Source of the DNA: an uncultured Pseudomonadota bacterium
GTDB taxonomy: Bacteria > Oederibacteriota > Muellerivitia > Muellerivitales > Muellerivitaceae
DNA length: 64,000 bases
Reading direction: 5' to 3'
NCBI GenBank assembly: GCA_963836235.1
Contig: CAWIIP010000002.1
Location: 96,001 to 160,000, forward strand
Shown here piece by piece: positions 11,101-19,969 of the stretch (within the stretch, counting starts at the first letter, position 1; the number at the start of each line of letters is the position of its first letter). Position numbers and translations under genes: made by a program. Under the pieces are notes generated by a model, which saw only the letters and a program-made list of their open reading frames with translations, did not search any database and was not told where the DNA came from.

Positions 11101-11888
11101 CAATAAACATCCCCCGCTTGGAGGTAGGAAGGTGAAACTCCCGCAGCCTGCTTGGCGACAGTGGAAGAAGCCACAAAGGCCGAGGTGACTGGAGTGCTGT
11201 CAAAATTAACGATCGGTCCGTTTCCTAGATAGGCGATCCCGTTGCTGGCTAAGGCAGCAAGCAAGTAAGTACCTGTGCCTACTGTTCCAATGGCCAAATC
11301 CGGAGAACCCGTTGGCGTAGCCGACAGGATGTCGGGCTGGAAAGTGAAATAGGCGGTGGTTACTCCAGCCGCGCTTACTCCATAAGAGGAGGTATCCACC
11401 GCGTAGCAATTGCGGACAACCGATCCCATGGTTACCCAAATATCGCTGACGCCACCCGCGTTGATGTCCGACTGCGCCGCGCCCAGGGCAAGGGGCTGGT
11501 GATTGGACGCATTGTTAAGCTGGAACGACAACAGCCGCGAAGCCCCTTGGGGAACCACAATAGAAAAATCCAATTCCCCCGACTGTGTCGCCGTGCTGAA
11601 AGGACCCGCCACGCCCGTAACAGGCCCCATGTTAGGCCCCGTTACCTGGTACATGACTTCGTTGCTGGCAACCCCCAGGAGGCTATCCTTGATCTCCTTG
11701 GATATGGGCATAGAAAAGGAAAGGGAAAGACCCCTCACCGCCACCAAGGGAGCTGTCGGAGACATTTTCCCCTGGCACCCCCAATGAGAAAAAAGAATCA
11801 ATAAGCCCATGGCCAATACCAAAGTCGTCCCGAGGAACCCCCCCGAAGACTTTCTAAACCAGGGTTTCCACCCTTTCACGAGCGTCAT
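5115..11888 (-). CDS. Giant repetitive surface protein, probable lipoprotein (~2257 aa), with 8 tandem two-domain Cys-paired repeats
   Basis: Start ATG 11888 overlaps the upstream stop (ATGA) and follows GAGGTGAG. The hydrophobic leader ends in FSHWGC (atypical lipobox). A Thr/Pro linker precedes repeats of CLxSDxNNGAC...VGPWTY...GGDFGV and CATTAEDGxC...FLGPVT...QFGV...LNLEYP. Confidence 0.85.
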   Translation of the reverse strand: MTLVKGWKPWFRKSSGGFLGTTLVLAMGLLILFSHWGCQGKMSPTAPLVAVRGLSLSFSMPISKEIKDSLLGVASNEVMYQVTGPNMGPVTGVAGPFSTATQSGELDFSIVVPQGASRLLSFQLNNASNHQPLALGAAQSDINAGGVSDIWVTMGSVVRNCYAVDTSSYGVSAAGVTTAYFTFQPDILSATPTGSPDLAIGTVGTGTYLLAALASNGIAYLGNGPIVNFDSTPVTSAFVASSTVAKQAAGVSPSYLQAGDVYCVSLGPAGANGHAWIQVVNPNQPFGLYPPGPTGPKFFFRVNTTLPYYAYDPTTADINGSCPAPPPTPTNVPTNTFTPTNSPTFTNSPTITDTPTITPTPSNTATTNTTIPPTNTFTPSPTFVPGYTVSSSLSCLLSDTNNGACQSFVLTIDANSNGNPAESYAYVADLTNGQYVWVGPWTYTGSGTSYSVTLTGGDFGVTTAIATSLAVTLYNTTESQVLGYAIPSGSPLTLEEPEEYFYNYYSSYNYLSCATTAEDGYCENFNFNTELFAPGSTPVTTLVKLTDLSNGVSVFLGPVTDTGGYYAGNIWNLSPQQFGVTTVGQQALSQVFTAQLIDAATDVILDAKALGSLNLEYPSTAIASSSVSCLVSDINNGACENFVLTIDANGPTGIPETSYAAVTDTTNGQYVWVGPWTYTGSGTSYSVTLAGGDFGVTTATAASLKVELYNESESQILDTSIPAGSPLTLESPEEYFYEYDYNSYNYLSCATTSEDGYCSNFSFQTYLYAPISGAVTSLIELTNLSNGVSVFLGPVTVSGGYYDYAQNTWNLSPLEFGVTIVGQQAASQLFEAQLIDAGTDAVLDRKPLGSLNLEYPSTAIASSSVSCLVSDVNNGACQSFVLTIDANGPAGVSETSYAAVTDTTNGQYLWVGPWTYSGSGTSYTVTLTGGDFGVTTAATASLQVELYNESKTQILDTSIPIGSPMTIEAPEEYFYEYYGEYNYLSCATTAEDGNCANFNFYSELYVPGTGPVTSLIEMTNLSNGVSMFLGPIVIPGSGYLANTWNLSPGQFGVSLVGQKAVSQMFEVQLIDNGSLAVLDSQYLGSLNLEYPSAYIASSSLSCLQTDVNNGACQSFILTIDANGPTGIPETSYATLTDLANNQYVSVGPWTYSGTDANSYSITLSGGNFGVTTPTAPPLKVSLYSPSGNLQDTAVPSGSPMTLETSQEYLYESYFSCVTVAEDGNCVTFNYNAYLDVPGSTPVTSYVKLVDLTTGASTMLGPVTNIGNQNLYYSVPLTGANFGLPSGQSAISQVFQAQLYDSTQTQVWDTKTTGVLNIENSSTAASLAGASAACLLSDSGNGACQSFVLTIDANSSGGPAESYAYVTNTTNNNSLWVGPWTYTGTGISYSVTLTAGDFGISTATAASLAVTLYNAAQNVALGNTVPTGLPVSLEAPEEYFYEYYSDYNNLSCATTAEDGNCSNFNFDTELYAPGASPVTSMVQLIDLSNGTTMFLGPITITEGYASNTWNFSAEQFGVTTVGQQAVSQMFEAQLIDNGSQAVLDAKALGSMNFEYPSSYIASSSVSCLVSDINNGACQSFVLSIDADAPTGNLGTSYAKVTDATNNQYVWVGPWNYTGSGTSYSVTLTGGDFGVTTATTTSLKVDLYDPTQTKILDTSVLGTPFQLESPEEYFYYYSYDSYNYLSCATTTEEGNCSNFNFYTELFAPSGSGPVTSLIELTNLSNGTTVFLGPVTDNGGYYVANTWNFSPQQFGVTMVGQQAVSQVFEAQLIDAASSAVLDARALGSLNLEYPGISIASSSVSCLVSDINNGACQSFVLTINADGSTGVPETSYAAVTDTTNNEYVWVGPWTYTGSGTSYSVTLTGGDFGVTTATTTSLKVTLYDESETKILDTATPGGSPFMLEAPEESFYEYYNEYNYLSCATTAEDESCVNFNFDTELFAPSGSGPVTSLIELTNLSNGTTVFLGPVTDNGGYYVANTWNLSPEQFGVTAVGQKAAGQVFLAQLVDAGTDAVVDTKPLGNLNLEFPSSYIASSGVSCLVSDSGNGACQNFLLTINANGPAGIPETSYAAVTDTVNNTGRWVGPWTYNGSGTSYSVTLSGGDFGVTTAITAPLKVTLYNQAQNQILDTSVPSGTPFVMESPVEYFYYNYSLSCLTNGEDGNCETFNFEAYLHVPGTTAVTSYLKVVDTTNGTSVFLGPVTLAAGAYNYFNYTLSASQFGLSVGQAVSGQVFQAQLYDSTQLHIYDTEPLGTLGLEVP
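5118..10722 (-). repeat. 8 diverged intragenic tandem repeats of ~700 bp (~235 aa)
   Basis: The translation has eight GAC(Q/E)(S/N)F motifs. DNA similarity is visible, e.g. ~5953 versus ~6661 (708-bp offset). Confidence 0.9.
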
Positions 11889-13087
11889 AGGCTCACCTCG
11901 TAATGGGTTCCGAAGGTCCAATGACCGTAATCAACATTCACGCGGTTTAACTGTTGGTCAGTATCCGCGTTTTGCCAAACAATAAAATCGTAACCCACCG
12001 AAAACTTAAGGTGTGAAGAAGCGTCGAGTTTGAGTTGATAAGAGGGTTCCAGGCCCAAAAGAAAACCACCGCCGTCATAAAAAGAGTTTCCAATAGGATA
12101 GTCATTGGCCAATATATATTTTACCTGGGCTAAAACTGTGAAATCGCCAAAGGCGTAACTGGGGGTTAAATAAAACCTCGTCCCCAGGGAACCATTGGAT
12201 TGTGAAACCATCTGAGTCGGTAGAAAATACTGTCCACCTACCTCGAAAGAAAAAGCCTTGGGATTCGACCAGCCATAGGAAGCGTTCAAGTTGGGCCCCA
12301 TCGTCAGCAAGTTAGAGCCGTCTAACTTGGTGGAAAGGAAATAAAAGGCCGATAGCCGGATGACATCGCTCTGGCCGCCCCCATGATCCGCCAATCGGTT
12401 CAAAGAGAGAAATACCGAATCCCCCAGTTTCAACTGTTCCGCCGGGCTCCCCACTTCTCCATAATAGGGATTGAAAGCACCTGTATACATATAGCCCGCC
12501 GCCAAGCCGAACTGTTCTCCTCCGGCCTGAAGGGAAAGTCCGTAAAGCAGACTCGTCCCGAAACCCCTTCCCCGATAGTCGCTGTCGATAAACTCAGTGG
12601 GAACGATGGAATTGGTTTGCTGGGTCTCCCAGGCGGAATTGCCCGTGGGAATATTGATTCCAACACTCAAAATGGAAGGAAGGTCGAAGCTTTTGAAATC
12701 GGTCTGCAAACCCAACACCGTGTCCGAAAAGTGCCTTAAGGAAATAGTCTCGGTGGTTCCATCCTGCGAATCCGTATAGTTTCCAGCGGCATATTCGGTC
12801 TGGGCGAAAACCCGACCGCCATTCCAGGGAATGACCGATAAAGTCAATGGCGTTAAAACTTCCCAGCCGTTGTCCGGAAGGGGGCTATTGGATTGCCAAC
12901 CCACCCCTTGGACTCCGAGGTCCAAGGTCCCCCAAGGGGCCGGAGCTTTCGCCGGCGGATTTTCAGTTTGGGCCAGAACTGATGTAAGACACCCGAAAAA
13001 AACTATGGCTAGTAGAGCAAAAGAAACTCCGTGAAGATTTCGGAGAAAGAACTGAACTGTTGGTTTCAAATATTGGGCCGCGATCAT
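11885..13087 (-). CDS. Putative outer-membrane beta-barrel protein
   Basis: Signal peptide, alternating aromatic/Gly beta-strands, an SVGINIPTG motif (seen in Phenol_MetA_deg-like barrels; tentative) and the C-terminus FGTHYEVSL. Confidence 0.6.
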   Translation of the reverse strand: MIAAQYLKPTVQFFLRNLHGVSFALLAIVFFGCLTSVLAQTENPPAKAPAPWGTLDLGVQGVGWQSNSPLPDNGWEVLTPLTLSVIPWNGGRVFAQTEYAAGNYTDSQDGTTETISLRHFSDTVLGLQTDFKSFDLPSILSVGINIPTGNSAWETQQTNSIVPTEFIDSDYRGRGFGTSLLYGLSLQAGGEQFGLAAGYMYTGAFNPYYGEVGSPAEQLKLGDSVFLSLNRLADHGGGQSDVIRLSAFYFLSTKLDGSNLLTMGPNLNASYGWSNPKAFSFEVGGQYFLPTQMVSQSNGSLGTRFYLTPSYAFGDFTVLAQVKYILANDYPIGNSFYDGGGFLLGLEPSYQLKLDASSHLKFSVGYDFIVWQNADTDQQLNRVNVDYGHWTFGTHYEVSL

Positions 13088-14025
13088 GGAACGGCCTCCC
13101 CTGGTGGAACAATAATGTGGATCTTGACACTTTGTTGGGATTGGTTAAGGTTGTTATCTCCGTTGATTAAAATTCCACCCAAAAATTGGTTGTTCAAATC
13201 GCCAAGGCAGGAGTTAGGTTGTAATCCTGAAGAACCGTTACCTTCTGTTCCAGTTTGAGTGCCGTTACCGGGAGTGTTAGAAGAACCGGTGTTTGAATTA
13301 TCTTGTCCGTTGTCGGTTCCACTGTTTCCGGTAGAACCGCCATTGGCCCCGGAATTGTTGCCATTGTTTCCTCCAGACCCATTACCCGAGGAGCCCCCGG
13401 AACTTCCTTTGCCACCGTTGCCTCCACCCTTACCAGAGGAACCCGCGTTCAATAATTTTCCATCCCATTTTCCGTTGAAGAAACGCCCTTCTTGCCCCTT
13501 CCCAAACAACTGGGTTGCCCCTCCGCTGGCCGCACCGACCAAGCCCTCAAGAACACTTAAATCCAACTTTTTAGTGTCCGGATCGAAGTTCATGGAAAAC
13601 TGCGTTCCCCGGACCCCGCAAACCACTCCTCCCGCCTCCACCTCGAAACTGGATTTGGCGGTTATGAGTTTCCGTACCTGCGCAAACAGTTTGCCGATCG
13701 CTAGTTGGAATAAAAAATTCTTGGTCTCGGGAGAAGGTTGGGTCAAGGAGGTGATGGTTAAACGGCTGTTGGCGGATAAGTCCAGCGATGAACCATCGGG
13801 AAGGCTAACAGAAGCTTGAGAATCGGATCCCACCTGAATGGTATCTCCCGGATGGATCACATGACCAAGGACAGCCTTACGAGAATGGCCTTTAGGCGTA
13901 AAAACCTTAACCTGCCCCTTGAACGATGAAAAAGTGGCGTCCTTTTTCCCTTCCCCCAGCGCACTGGAGGCGAGCCCATAGACCGATAAAAGAAAAAGTA
14001 AAAATAATGTTCCAGCTTTTTTCAT
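13084..14025 (-). CDS. Secreted FecR-domain protein with a Gly/Ser/Asn-rich tail
   Basis: Signal peptide followed by GDTIQVGSDSQASVSLPDGSSLDLSANS and FEVEAGGVVCGVRGTQF, which are typical FecR-domain motifs. Confidence 0.85.
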   Translation of the reverse strand: MKKAGTLFLLFLLSVYGLASSALGEGKKDATFSSFKGQVKVFTPKGHSRKAVLGHVIHPGDTIQVGSDSQASVSLPDGSSLDLSANSRLTITSLTQPSPETKNFLFQLAIGKLFAQVRKLITAKSSFEVEAGGVVCGVRGTQFSMNFDPDTKKLDLSVLEGLVGAASGGATQLFGKGQEGRFFNGKWDGKLLNAGSSGKGGGNGGKGSSGGSSGNGSGGNNGNNSGANGGSTGNSGTDNGQDNSNTGSSNTPGNGTQTGTEGNGSSGLQPNSCLGDLNNQFLGGILINGDNNLNQSQQSVKIHIIVPPGEAVP

Positions 14026-14260
14026 AAGAATTCTTGAAACCCTTTACCGAAAGATTCGACCGGGTATTTTCAGCACCTGACCACGAGCACGAATTTAAAA
14101 AATCGAAGAACCCATGGATTTTTCAAAACTCCGAAAAATACCCGCCCTTGTTCAGATTTTCAATTATTTATTCTTCAAAGCGATGCGTTGTATTTTCACT
14201 GGTCATATCATGTGGAGAAAAGATGTGGGAGACCTTATCCAACAATCGAAACCAAAAAGT

Positions 14261-14494
14261 CTAGTTTGGGTTAGTCCCCCGGGGATGAGTACTGCCGGTA
14301 ATGGGATTCGTTTTGGTCCCACGCTTCGTGGTTGACTTATGGCCAGTCGGGGCCGAAGTGCTAACCAAGGTTCCCTTGATCGGATTTTCTTTACTACCCA
14401 AGGGCGCGCCATTGGTGCTGGTCTGGGCCAGCAATAGGACCGGAACAGAGATCGTGGCCATGGCAGCTGCCACTACTAAATACTTTCGAACCAT
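14261..14494 (-). CDS. Small secreted low-complexity protein (77 aa)
   Basis: AAGGAGG precedes ATG 14494. The signal peptide MVRKYLVVAAAMATISVPVLLLA|Q is followed by a T/K/P-rich tail. Confidence 0.65.
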   Translation of the reverse strand: MVRKYLVVAAAMATISVPVLLLAQTSTNGAPLGSKENPIKGTLVSTSAPTGHKSTTKRGTKTNPITGSTHPRGTNPN

Positions 14495-14678
14495 AAAAAA
14501 CCTCCTTGAACGGCTTGTCGGCGACAATATGTTAGCCCCAATAGAAGATTTAAGAAAATAAAAAAACACTCCCCCACACGAATGAAATTTCGACGAAATT
14601 GAGGAGCCGGAGAGCCTGAAAATACGCCAAGAATAATGGTTTTTATGGTTTACAAGAATTTGACAAAGAAAAATAAAT

Positions 14679-14711
14679 TGGTGCCCAGGTCGGACTTGGA
14701 CCAACATGTCC
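14679..14711 (-). repeat. Degenerate copy of the tRNA-Leu 3' end (att-site relic)
   Basis: tggtgccc-aggtcggacttggaccaacatgtcc versus tRNA 39678-39711 tggtgcccgaggtcggacttgaaccgacatgacc: 30 of 34 positions match, same orientation. Confidence 0.8.
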
Positions 14712-14761
14712 ATAGTGAATCTTATTGAAAAAGAATATTTTATTTAAAAAAACGGCGTAAC

Positions 14762-17700
14762 TTACTGGATCACCAAGACCTTCAGAACTTTGGAGGTTTT
14801 TACCGGGCCGGAGACCTGGACCCTGAGGTAGTAAAGGCCGTTGGCCACCGGTCTTTTCCAGGCGTCTTCAAGATCCCACACAAGAATAGAGCTATTGCCC
14901 GAAACGGGATTGGAGTTATCCAGTACCTTGCGGAAGGCCGTCGTAAAAACGCTCCATTCCACGGTGGAACCTAGGGGCACCTGCAATTGTAAAGACACCG
15001 GGCCTGAGCCCATCACGGGATTGGGATAGGGTGGTCCAATCACTACCCCTGTCACGCCTGGAGTGGGACTTATTGTCGGTGTCGAAGTGATTAAAGGTGT
15101 ATTGGTCAACGTAGGTGTCCCAGTTAAGGTTGGCGTTAAGGTTGGGCTATAGGTCAGGGTAATGGTGGGTGTTTCGGAAGGAGTAAATGTTAAAGTTACC
15201 GTCGGGCTGTTGGTTAAGGTCGCTGTTGGGGTGATGGTCGCGGTGGCCGTTGTCGTAAAAGTGGGAGTTATCGTCGGACTTGCCGTGGGTGTCCGGGTGG
15301 GAGTAGGAGTCCGGACGATGGTCCAGCAGGATGCCGCGGGGCAGGTTCCAAAACTGTAAACCTGGCCGTTACTCCCGTCGGCCACAAACCATCCGCCGTT
15401 GCCCGCCGCCACGCCCTCGGTGTCGTAAAAATTCGCCCCGGTTCCTGGCCCGGAGACCACGCCCAAAACAGTTCCATTCGGATCAAAAACTCCCACGCTG
15501 CTGAAACCGTCAGTCACAAAAACAAGGCAGTCGCCGGTGGTCGCCAGGAAATTGGCGGTTAAAAGTGAAGTTTCAAGGGTCGCGTCCCACTGTCTTTTCC
15601 ACTTCCCCGTCCCGTCGAAGACCTGGACTATTCCAGTTTCTCCGTCGGCTACGTAGACCTCTCCTTGGCCATTCAAGGCGACCCCCGCGGGCTCTAGGAA
15701 GCTTCCATCCCCATTTACGCCAGGGAAACCCCAGGCGGTCAGCGTGGAAACCGCCGGGATTCCGGTAGTGGTCACGAGGAACTCCTGCATTCGCTGATTC
15801 CCTGAATCCGCAACAAAAACCGTGGTGCCACTGGAGCCTGTAGTAACCGCGATGCCATAGGGCGCCTCGAATTGCCCGCCCCCCGAGCCAGAGGTCCCCC
15901 AGTTTAGGACCAGGGACCCCGAGGCGTTAAAGACGTCCACCATATTCTGTTGTTCATCCGTCACGTAGGCATAGCCGTTGGCGTCCATGGCCACTCCCAC
16001 CGGCAGGGCCTCCGGCCCCAGAGATAATGCGGGGCCCGGAACGTCGACGGAGTTGAAAGTATCCACCGCGTTCACCGAGCTATTCACCACATAGAGGTTC
16101 CCTCCCGTGTCCAAGGCGGCACCCCATGGCTGGGAAACCGCCAGGGGCGTCCCGACCAGGGGACAGGAAAGGATCGGTGCTGGGGGATAAGTAGGCGTGA
16201 CGGTGGGCGTATACGTGAAGGTGGCCGTACTCTCGGGAACTGAACAATGCAATTTGATAATGGTATCCATGGACGTGTGTCCGGCGTAAACGTTTCCGGC
16301 CGGATCTACCGCGATGGATTGGCCGTAAACCGGCGCGATGGCGCAGCTCCATCGGAAATTGAAATTTGGATCAAATGTATAGTAATCCTCGACGGCCCCC
16401 ACAAAGACATTCCCGAAGGCGTCCGCAACGATACGGCCCATATAATCGTTGCCGTTGGATGTTTGCCAGAAAGCATGGTATGCGTAGGTATTGGACCCCG
16501 CCGGTGCCTGAAGATACTGGAGCACGCGTTGGGCAATGTCCCCATCCGACAGGTAAAGGGTCGAGGGTGCGCCGGCGTTCCCCGGGACGTACAGGATGCC
16601 GGGAGCGCCTTGGTGGACCGGGCTGGCATCGGTGGAAAATGACAACTGAGCCAAAGTGGAAGTACTGGCAGACTGGGTGATTAGGTACAGATTTCCGGAG
16701 TCGCAACCCGCGTAAATTTCCGGGTAGGACGACCCAGGGGCCACTGACAGGCTCCGCACCCCGTTTTCCGGGATGCTGAAGGTTTCCACGATATTCCCCG
16801 AGGGAAGTTGGGCCTTGAACACCTTGCTATTGTAGTCGGCTACGTACAAATAGCCGTCCCCCCCCATCGCCATGGCCGTGATGCTGTCAAAGGAAGCTGG
16901 CATGGAATTGTTCAGGATCGCCCCGTTCGCTGGGTTGAGCCCCAAAATCGTGGCGCCTCCGCCCGCGTAAAGAGTGGCGGGCCCCGAGGGATCATAAGCC
17001 AGGCCGTCTACGTCGGGAAGCGGACCTGAAGTGACAGTCCAGGCCGTCAGGCAGCAGTTGGGAATGGATGTCGGGGTGAAGGTGGGAACGGCGGAGTTCC
17101 AAGTGAAGGTAGGTGTTGGTGTGGCCGTGGATGAGGGTGAAGCTGTCGCGGTAAAGGATACCGTGGGAGTGGCCGTGAGGATTGGAGTATTCGAGGGGGT
17201 TGAGGTGAGGGTGAGCGTTGGGGTCCAGGAGCCCGTTGAAGTGGCGGTGGCAGTGGGCACCGGGAAAGGCTGGAGGTAAATAAGGACTCGGCTTCGGTTA
17301 TGGTTGGCCACGTAGAGGTTACCTTGGTCGTCAAAGGTTTCGGAATAATCCTGCGGCCCATAGTCCTTTAGGTAGGTGACTGGGTTAGCGCCCCCGCCCA
17401 GTGGATTCTGGAAGACCATGGTAAAAACAGAACCCCCGCTTTGGGCGTCCGAACCTGCGGTCATTACGGTGTCACCCGGGGAAAGAGCCGGTTCCCAGGG
17501 CCCCAATGCGTTGTAAACCATCGTGGCCGAAACCGCGTACAAGGGAGTAGCACCGCTGTTTTGGATGCTGGCTGCGCTGTACATCAGGATCCGGCCGTCA
17601 CCGTTGAACTCCAGTGAATGGTCCCCCACGAACAGGTTTCCGTACTGGTCCAATACCGCTGATCCGGGGTTATTCATGTTGTTGTTGGCGGGGGTTCCTC

Positions 17701-19831
17701 CCGGATAGTCCACCGTGGTGGAGGTGGCGTTGGGCTGGCCCAGGATGATGTCCACCACTGGACTGGTCACCGGGTTGCGGATCCGCATCACCCGGCTGGC
17801 GTACTGGTCCGTGACCCATAGGTAGCTGGCGTCCGGGGCCACGGCCATGCCCTCGCAGTGAGCTGAACCCGCTTGTCCCGAGGCGTCAGTCAAACTCACT
17901 GAACCCCCGCCTAACAGGGGAATCGGCTGGGTTAAGGACAGTGTTAGGAAGGGAGACTCCTGGCCCATCAAGGGAAGCTGATAAACCCAGACTGAATGCT
18001 GACCGTTCGCGAGGGCCCACAAATGGCCCATGCGGTCCGCTTTGACCCGGCCAAACCCGCCGGAGGGACCTACCAGGGGTTGAGAGGGGCTCGGTGCCCC
18101 GATCAGTCCATCCACCTTCTGGCCGTTAGAAAACCCGGCCGGCCCGGTGGAGGGCATGTTCCAAAACCTCAGCATGTCGCTAGCCTCCACCACCTGCGTC
18201 ACACCTTGGAAAGAAGCCACGGCCACTCCCGCCGTGTAGCGCATGCCGTGGTAGTCGGGAATATCCTCCAAGCCCTCCTGGAAAGGTTTGAGGATTTCCA
18301 CGTCCGCCGAGTGGACGACTCCGCTTACGGGGGCCGGGATGGGCCCTGGAAAACGGAAGATCCCGTCGCACTCATTGTTATAGGGGTTGATCCAATAGAC
18401 GTTTCCGGAGGCATCCACACCAGGCGACTCGATGGCCGGCTGGCGGATTTGTGTGCTGTTAATCCCGTCGCCCCCGACATTGGCAAAGGTGAAGTTATTG
18501 TCACCCACTGGGGAGCCTGTCGTGTCCCCAGGGGTATCGTTCATCAGGGTCTTGACGATACTCCAGGTGATATTGTCGGACGCGCTCAAACTCACCTTCA
18601 ACAGGTCGATTTCCTGAAGATTGGCAACCCAAAGCCCCCCCGACCCGCTCAAGGCCGGGGCCCCGCCGATGCCGTTGGGGCCGGATGCGTCCCATTCCTC
18701 GCCTTCGCTCTCCGCCCCCCCAATGTTGCTGAGTGTCATAGCCGCTGCAGGAATGTCCCCGCTTCCGTAAATGGGTTGTGTTGCACCGTTTCCGGGCGTG
18801 GTAGGTTTATAAATGAATAGAGTGCCAACGAGGGAGGAATTGTAGGAAACCACATAGACATTTCCCGCCCGGTCTACGCGTACTGCGATGGGCTGGGCCA
18901 GATAGGTAGTGGAATTTGTAGTGAAACCGGACTGGCCTAAGACCACATCGGCCGTCGCGGCCGGGGCCGCGCAACAGGTTCCGCCGGGGCTGGGAAACCG
19001 AAGGACCCGAGCGTTCCAGTCATCGGCCACCCACAGATTGCCCCATGCGTCGATGGCCACCCCCGACGAAGCGGTGTTGGTTCCCAGAGGGAAATAACCG
19101 GCCCCCCCACCCGGCGGGACCGGGCTGAGGTAAAAATTTTGGCTGTTGGGGGCACCGGTCACGTTACCGCCCACGTCGTTCACGGCCCAGCCGGTGAAAT
19201 CCGGCTGGCCCCATTCGTAGGTGGCGGGTTCCAAACTGGTGACCGACCCGTTCGGCTGGGCGTTGTAACGAACTACCCGGTTGTTGAAGTAGTCCGGGAC
19301 ATAAAGGTTGCCCTGTGAATCCACGTCCATGTTGGCCTTGCTTCCCGCCTCGGCCAGCGATTGGAGCGAATAACTGGTGCCGCAAAGGCAGTCCGGCGAG
19401 GCGGCAGGGGGGATGGGATAGTTCTGCCAGTTGGAATCGTGGTTGCAACCCGTGTGGAAAAAGTCCGGCTGGCCCAGGACCATGAAAGGGACCACATCCT
19501 GGTTCGGCCCTGGGTCCGAGGAGGAGCCGATGATGGAGACTCCCAGGATTCGGTTATTGCCTGAGTCCCAGATGTACATAACCCCGTTGACCCGGTCCAC
19601 CACGGTCCCTCCCAGGTGGAAGGCGCTTTGGGTAGTTGCCTGGTCGAACTGCACGTCCCCGAATCCAGAATTGGGGATACCGTAGTCGGGCTTGCCCAAC
19701 ACCACGTCCGCCCAAAGGTCGCCCGCTATGCCCCTGACTGCCTGGGCATTTAAAGGGGCGGGAATACAAAGGTAGGCAAAGACCGATAAACCACAAAAAA
19801 GAAAAGAAAGGTTTAATACTTTTTTAGTCAT
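14762..19831 (-). CDS. Secreted NHL/beta-propeller repeat protein (1689 aa) with Thr/Pro linkers and a C-terminal T9SS-CTD-like domain
   Basis: Signal peptide, NHL-type motifs ([26 protein letters not shown]...VADSGNQR) and the C-terminus YPNPV...WDL...VANGLYYLRV...KVLVIQ. Confidence 0.85.
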   Translation of the reverse strand: MTKKVLNLSFLFCGLSVFAYLCIPAPLNAQAVRGIAGDLWADVVLGKPDYGIPNSGFGDVQFDQATTQSAFHLGGTVVDRVNGVMYIWDSGNNRILGVSIIGSSSDPGPNQDVVPFMVLGQPDFFHTGCNHDSNWQNYPIPPAASPDCLCGTSYSLQSLAEAGSKANMDVDSQGNLYVPDYFNNRVVRYNAQPNGSVTSLEPATYEWGQPDFTGWAVNDVGGNVTGAPNSQNFYLSPVPPGGGAGYFPLGTNTASSGVAIDAWGNLWVADDWNARVLRFPSPGGTCCAAPAATADVVLGQSGFTTNSTTYLAQPIAVRVDRAGNVYVVSYNSSLVGTLFIYKPTTPGNGATQPIYGSGDIPAAAMTLSNIGGAESEGEEWDASGPNGIGGAPALSGSGGLWVANLQEIDLLKVSLSASDNITWSIVKTLMNDTPGDTTGSPVGDNNFTFANVGGDGINSTQIRQPAIESPGVDASGNVYWINPYNNECDGIFRFPGPIPAPVSGVVHSADVEILKPFQEGLEDIPDYHGMRYTAGVAVASFQGVTQVVEASDMLRFWNMPSTGPAGFSNGQKVDGLIGAPSPSQPLVGPSGGFGRVKADRMGHLWALANGQHSVWVYQLPLMGQESPFLTLSLTQPIPLLGGGSVSLTDASGQAGSAHCEGMAVAPDASYLWVTDQYASRVMRIRNPVTSPVVDIILGQPNATSTTVDYPGGTPANNNMNNPGSAVLDQYGNLFVGDHSLEFNGDGRILMYSAASIQNSGATPLYAVSATMVYNALGPWEPALSPGDTVMTAGSDAQSGGSVFTMVFQNPLGGGANPVTYLKDYGPQDYSETFDDQGNLYVANHNRSRVLIYLQPFPVPTATATSTGSWTPTLTLTSTPSNTPILTATPTVSFTATASPSSTATPTPTFTWNSAVPTFTPTSIPNCCLTAWTVTSGPLPDVDGLAYDPSGPATLYAGGGATILGLNPANGAILNNSMPASFDSITAMAMGGDGYLYVADYNSKVFKAQLPSGNIVETFSIPENGVRSLSVAPGSSYPEIYAGCDSGNLYLITQSASTSTLAQLSFSTDASPVHQGAPGILYVPGNAGAPSTLYLSDGDIAQRVLQYLQAPAGSNTYAYHAFWQTSNGNDYMGRIVADAFGNVFVGAVEDYYTFDPNFNFRWSCAIAPVYGQSIAVDPAGNVYAGHTSMDTIIKLHCSVPESTATFTYTPTVTPTYPPAPILSCPLVGTPLAVSQPWGAALDTGGNLYVVNSSVNAVDTFNSVDVPGPALSLGPEALPVGVAMDANGYAYVTDEQQNMVDVFNASGSLVLNWGTSGSGGGQFEAPYGIAVTTGSSGTTVFVADSGNQRMQEFLVTTTGIPAVSTLTAWGFPGVNGDGSFLEPAGVALNGQGEVYVADGETGIVQVFDGTGKWKRQWDATLETSLLTANFLATTGDCLVFVTDGFSSVGVFDPNGTVLGVVSGPGTGANFYDTEGVAAGNGGWFVADGSNGQVYSFGTCPAASCWTIVRTPTPTRTPTASPTITPTFTTTATATITPTATLTNSPTVTLTFTPSETPTITLTYSPTLTPTLTGTPTLTNTPLITSTPTISPTPGVTGVVIGPPYPNPVMGSGPVSLQLQVPLGSTVEWSVFTTAFRKVLDNSNPVSGNSSILVWDLEDAWKRPVANGLYYLRVQVSGPVKTSKVLKVLVIQ

Positions 19832-19865
19832 GTCACCTTACCCAATCCCTCAACTGGCCCTTAGT

Positions 19866-19889
19866 CAAGGGCTAAACAGTTAGCCCTTG
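19866..19889. promoter_or_regulatory. Perfect 10-bp inverted repeat in an intergenic region (RNA hairpin or operator)
   Basis: CAAGGGCTAA-ACAG-TTAGCCCTTG with no flanking T tract. Confidence 0.4.
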
Positions 19890-19969
19890 TGGGAGGGCAA
19901 AGCTAGATAATTCTTTCAGTTCAAACCCTATTACAAATTTATCGAAATTCTTGCGTTCATTCTAAATTT

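Noticed and set aside
13259-13819. 186-aa Pro-rich plus-strand ORF
   Set aside because: It is antisense to the Gly-rich tail of the FecR-domain gene.
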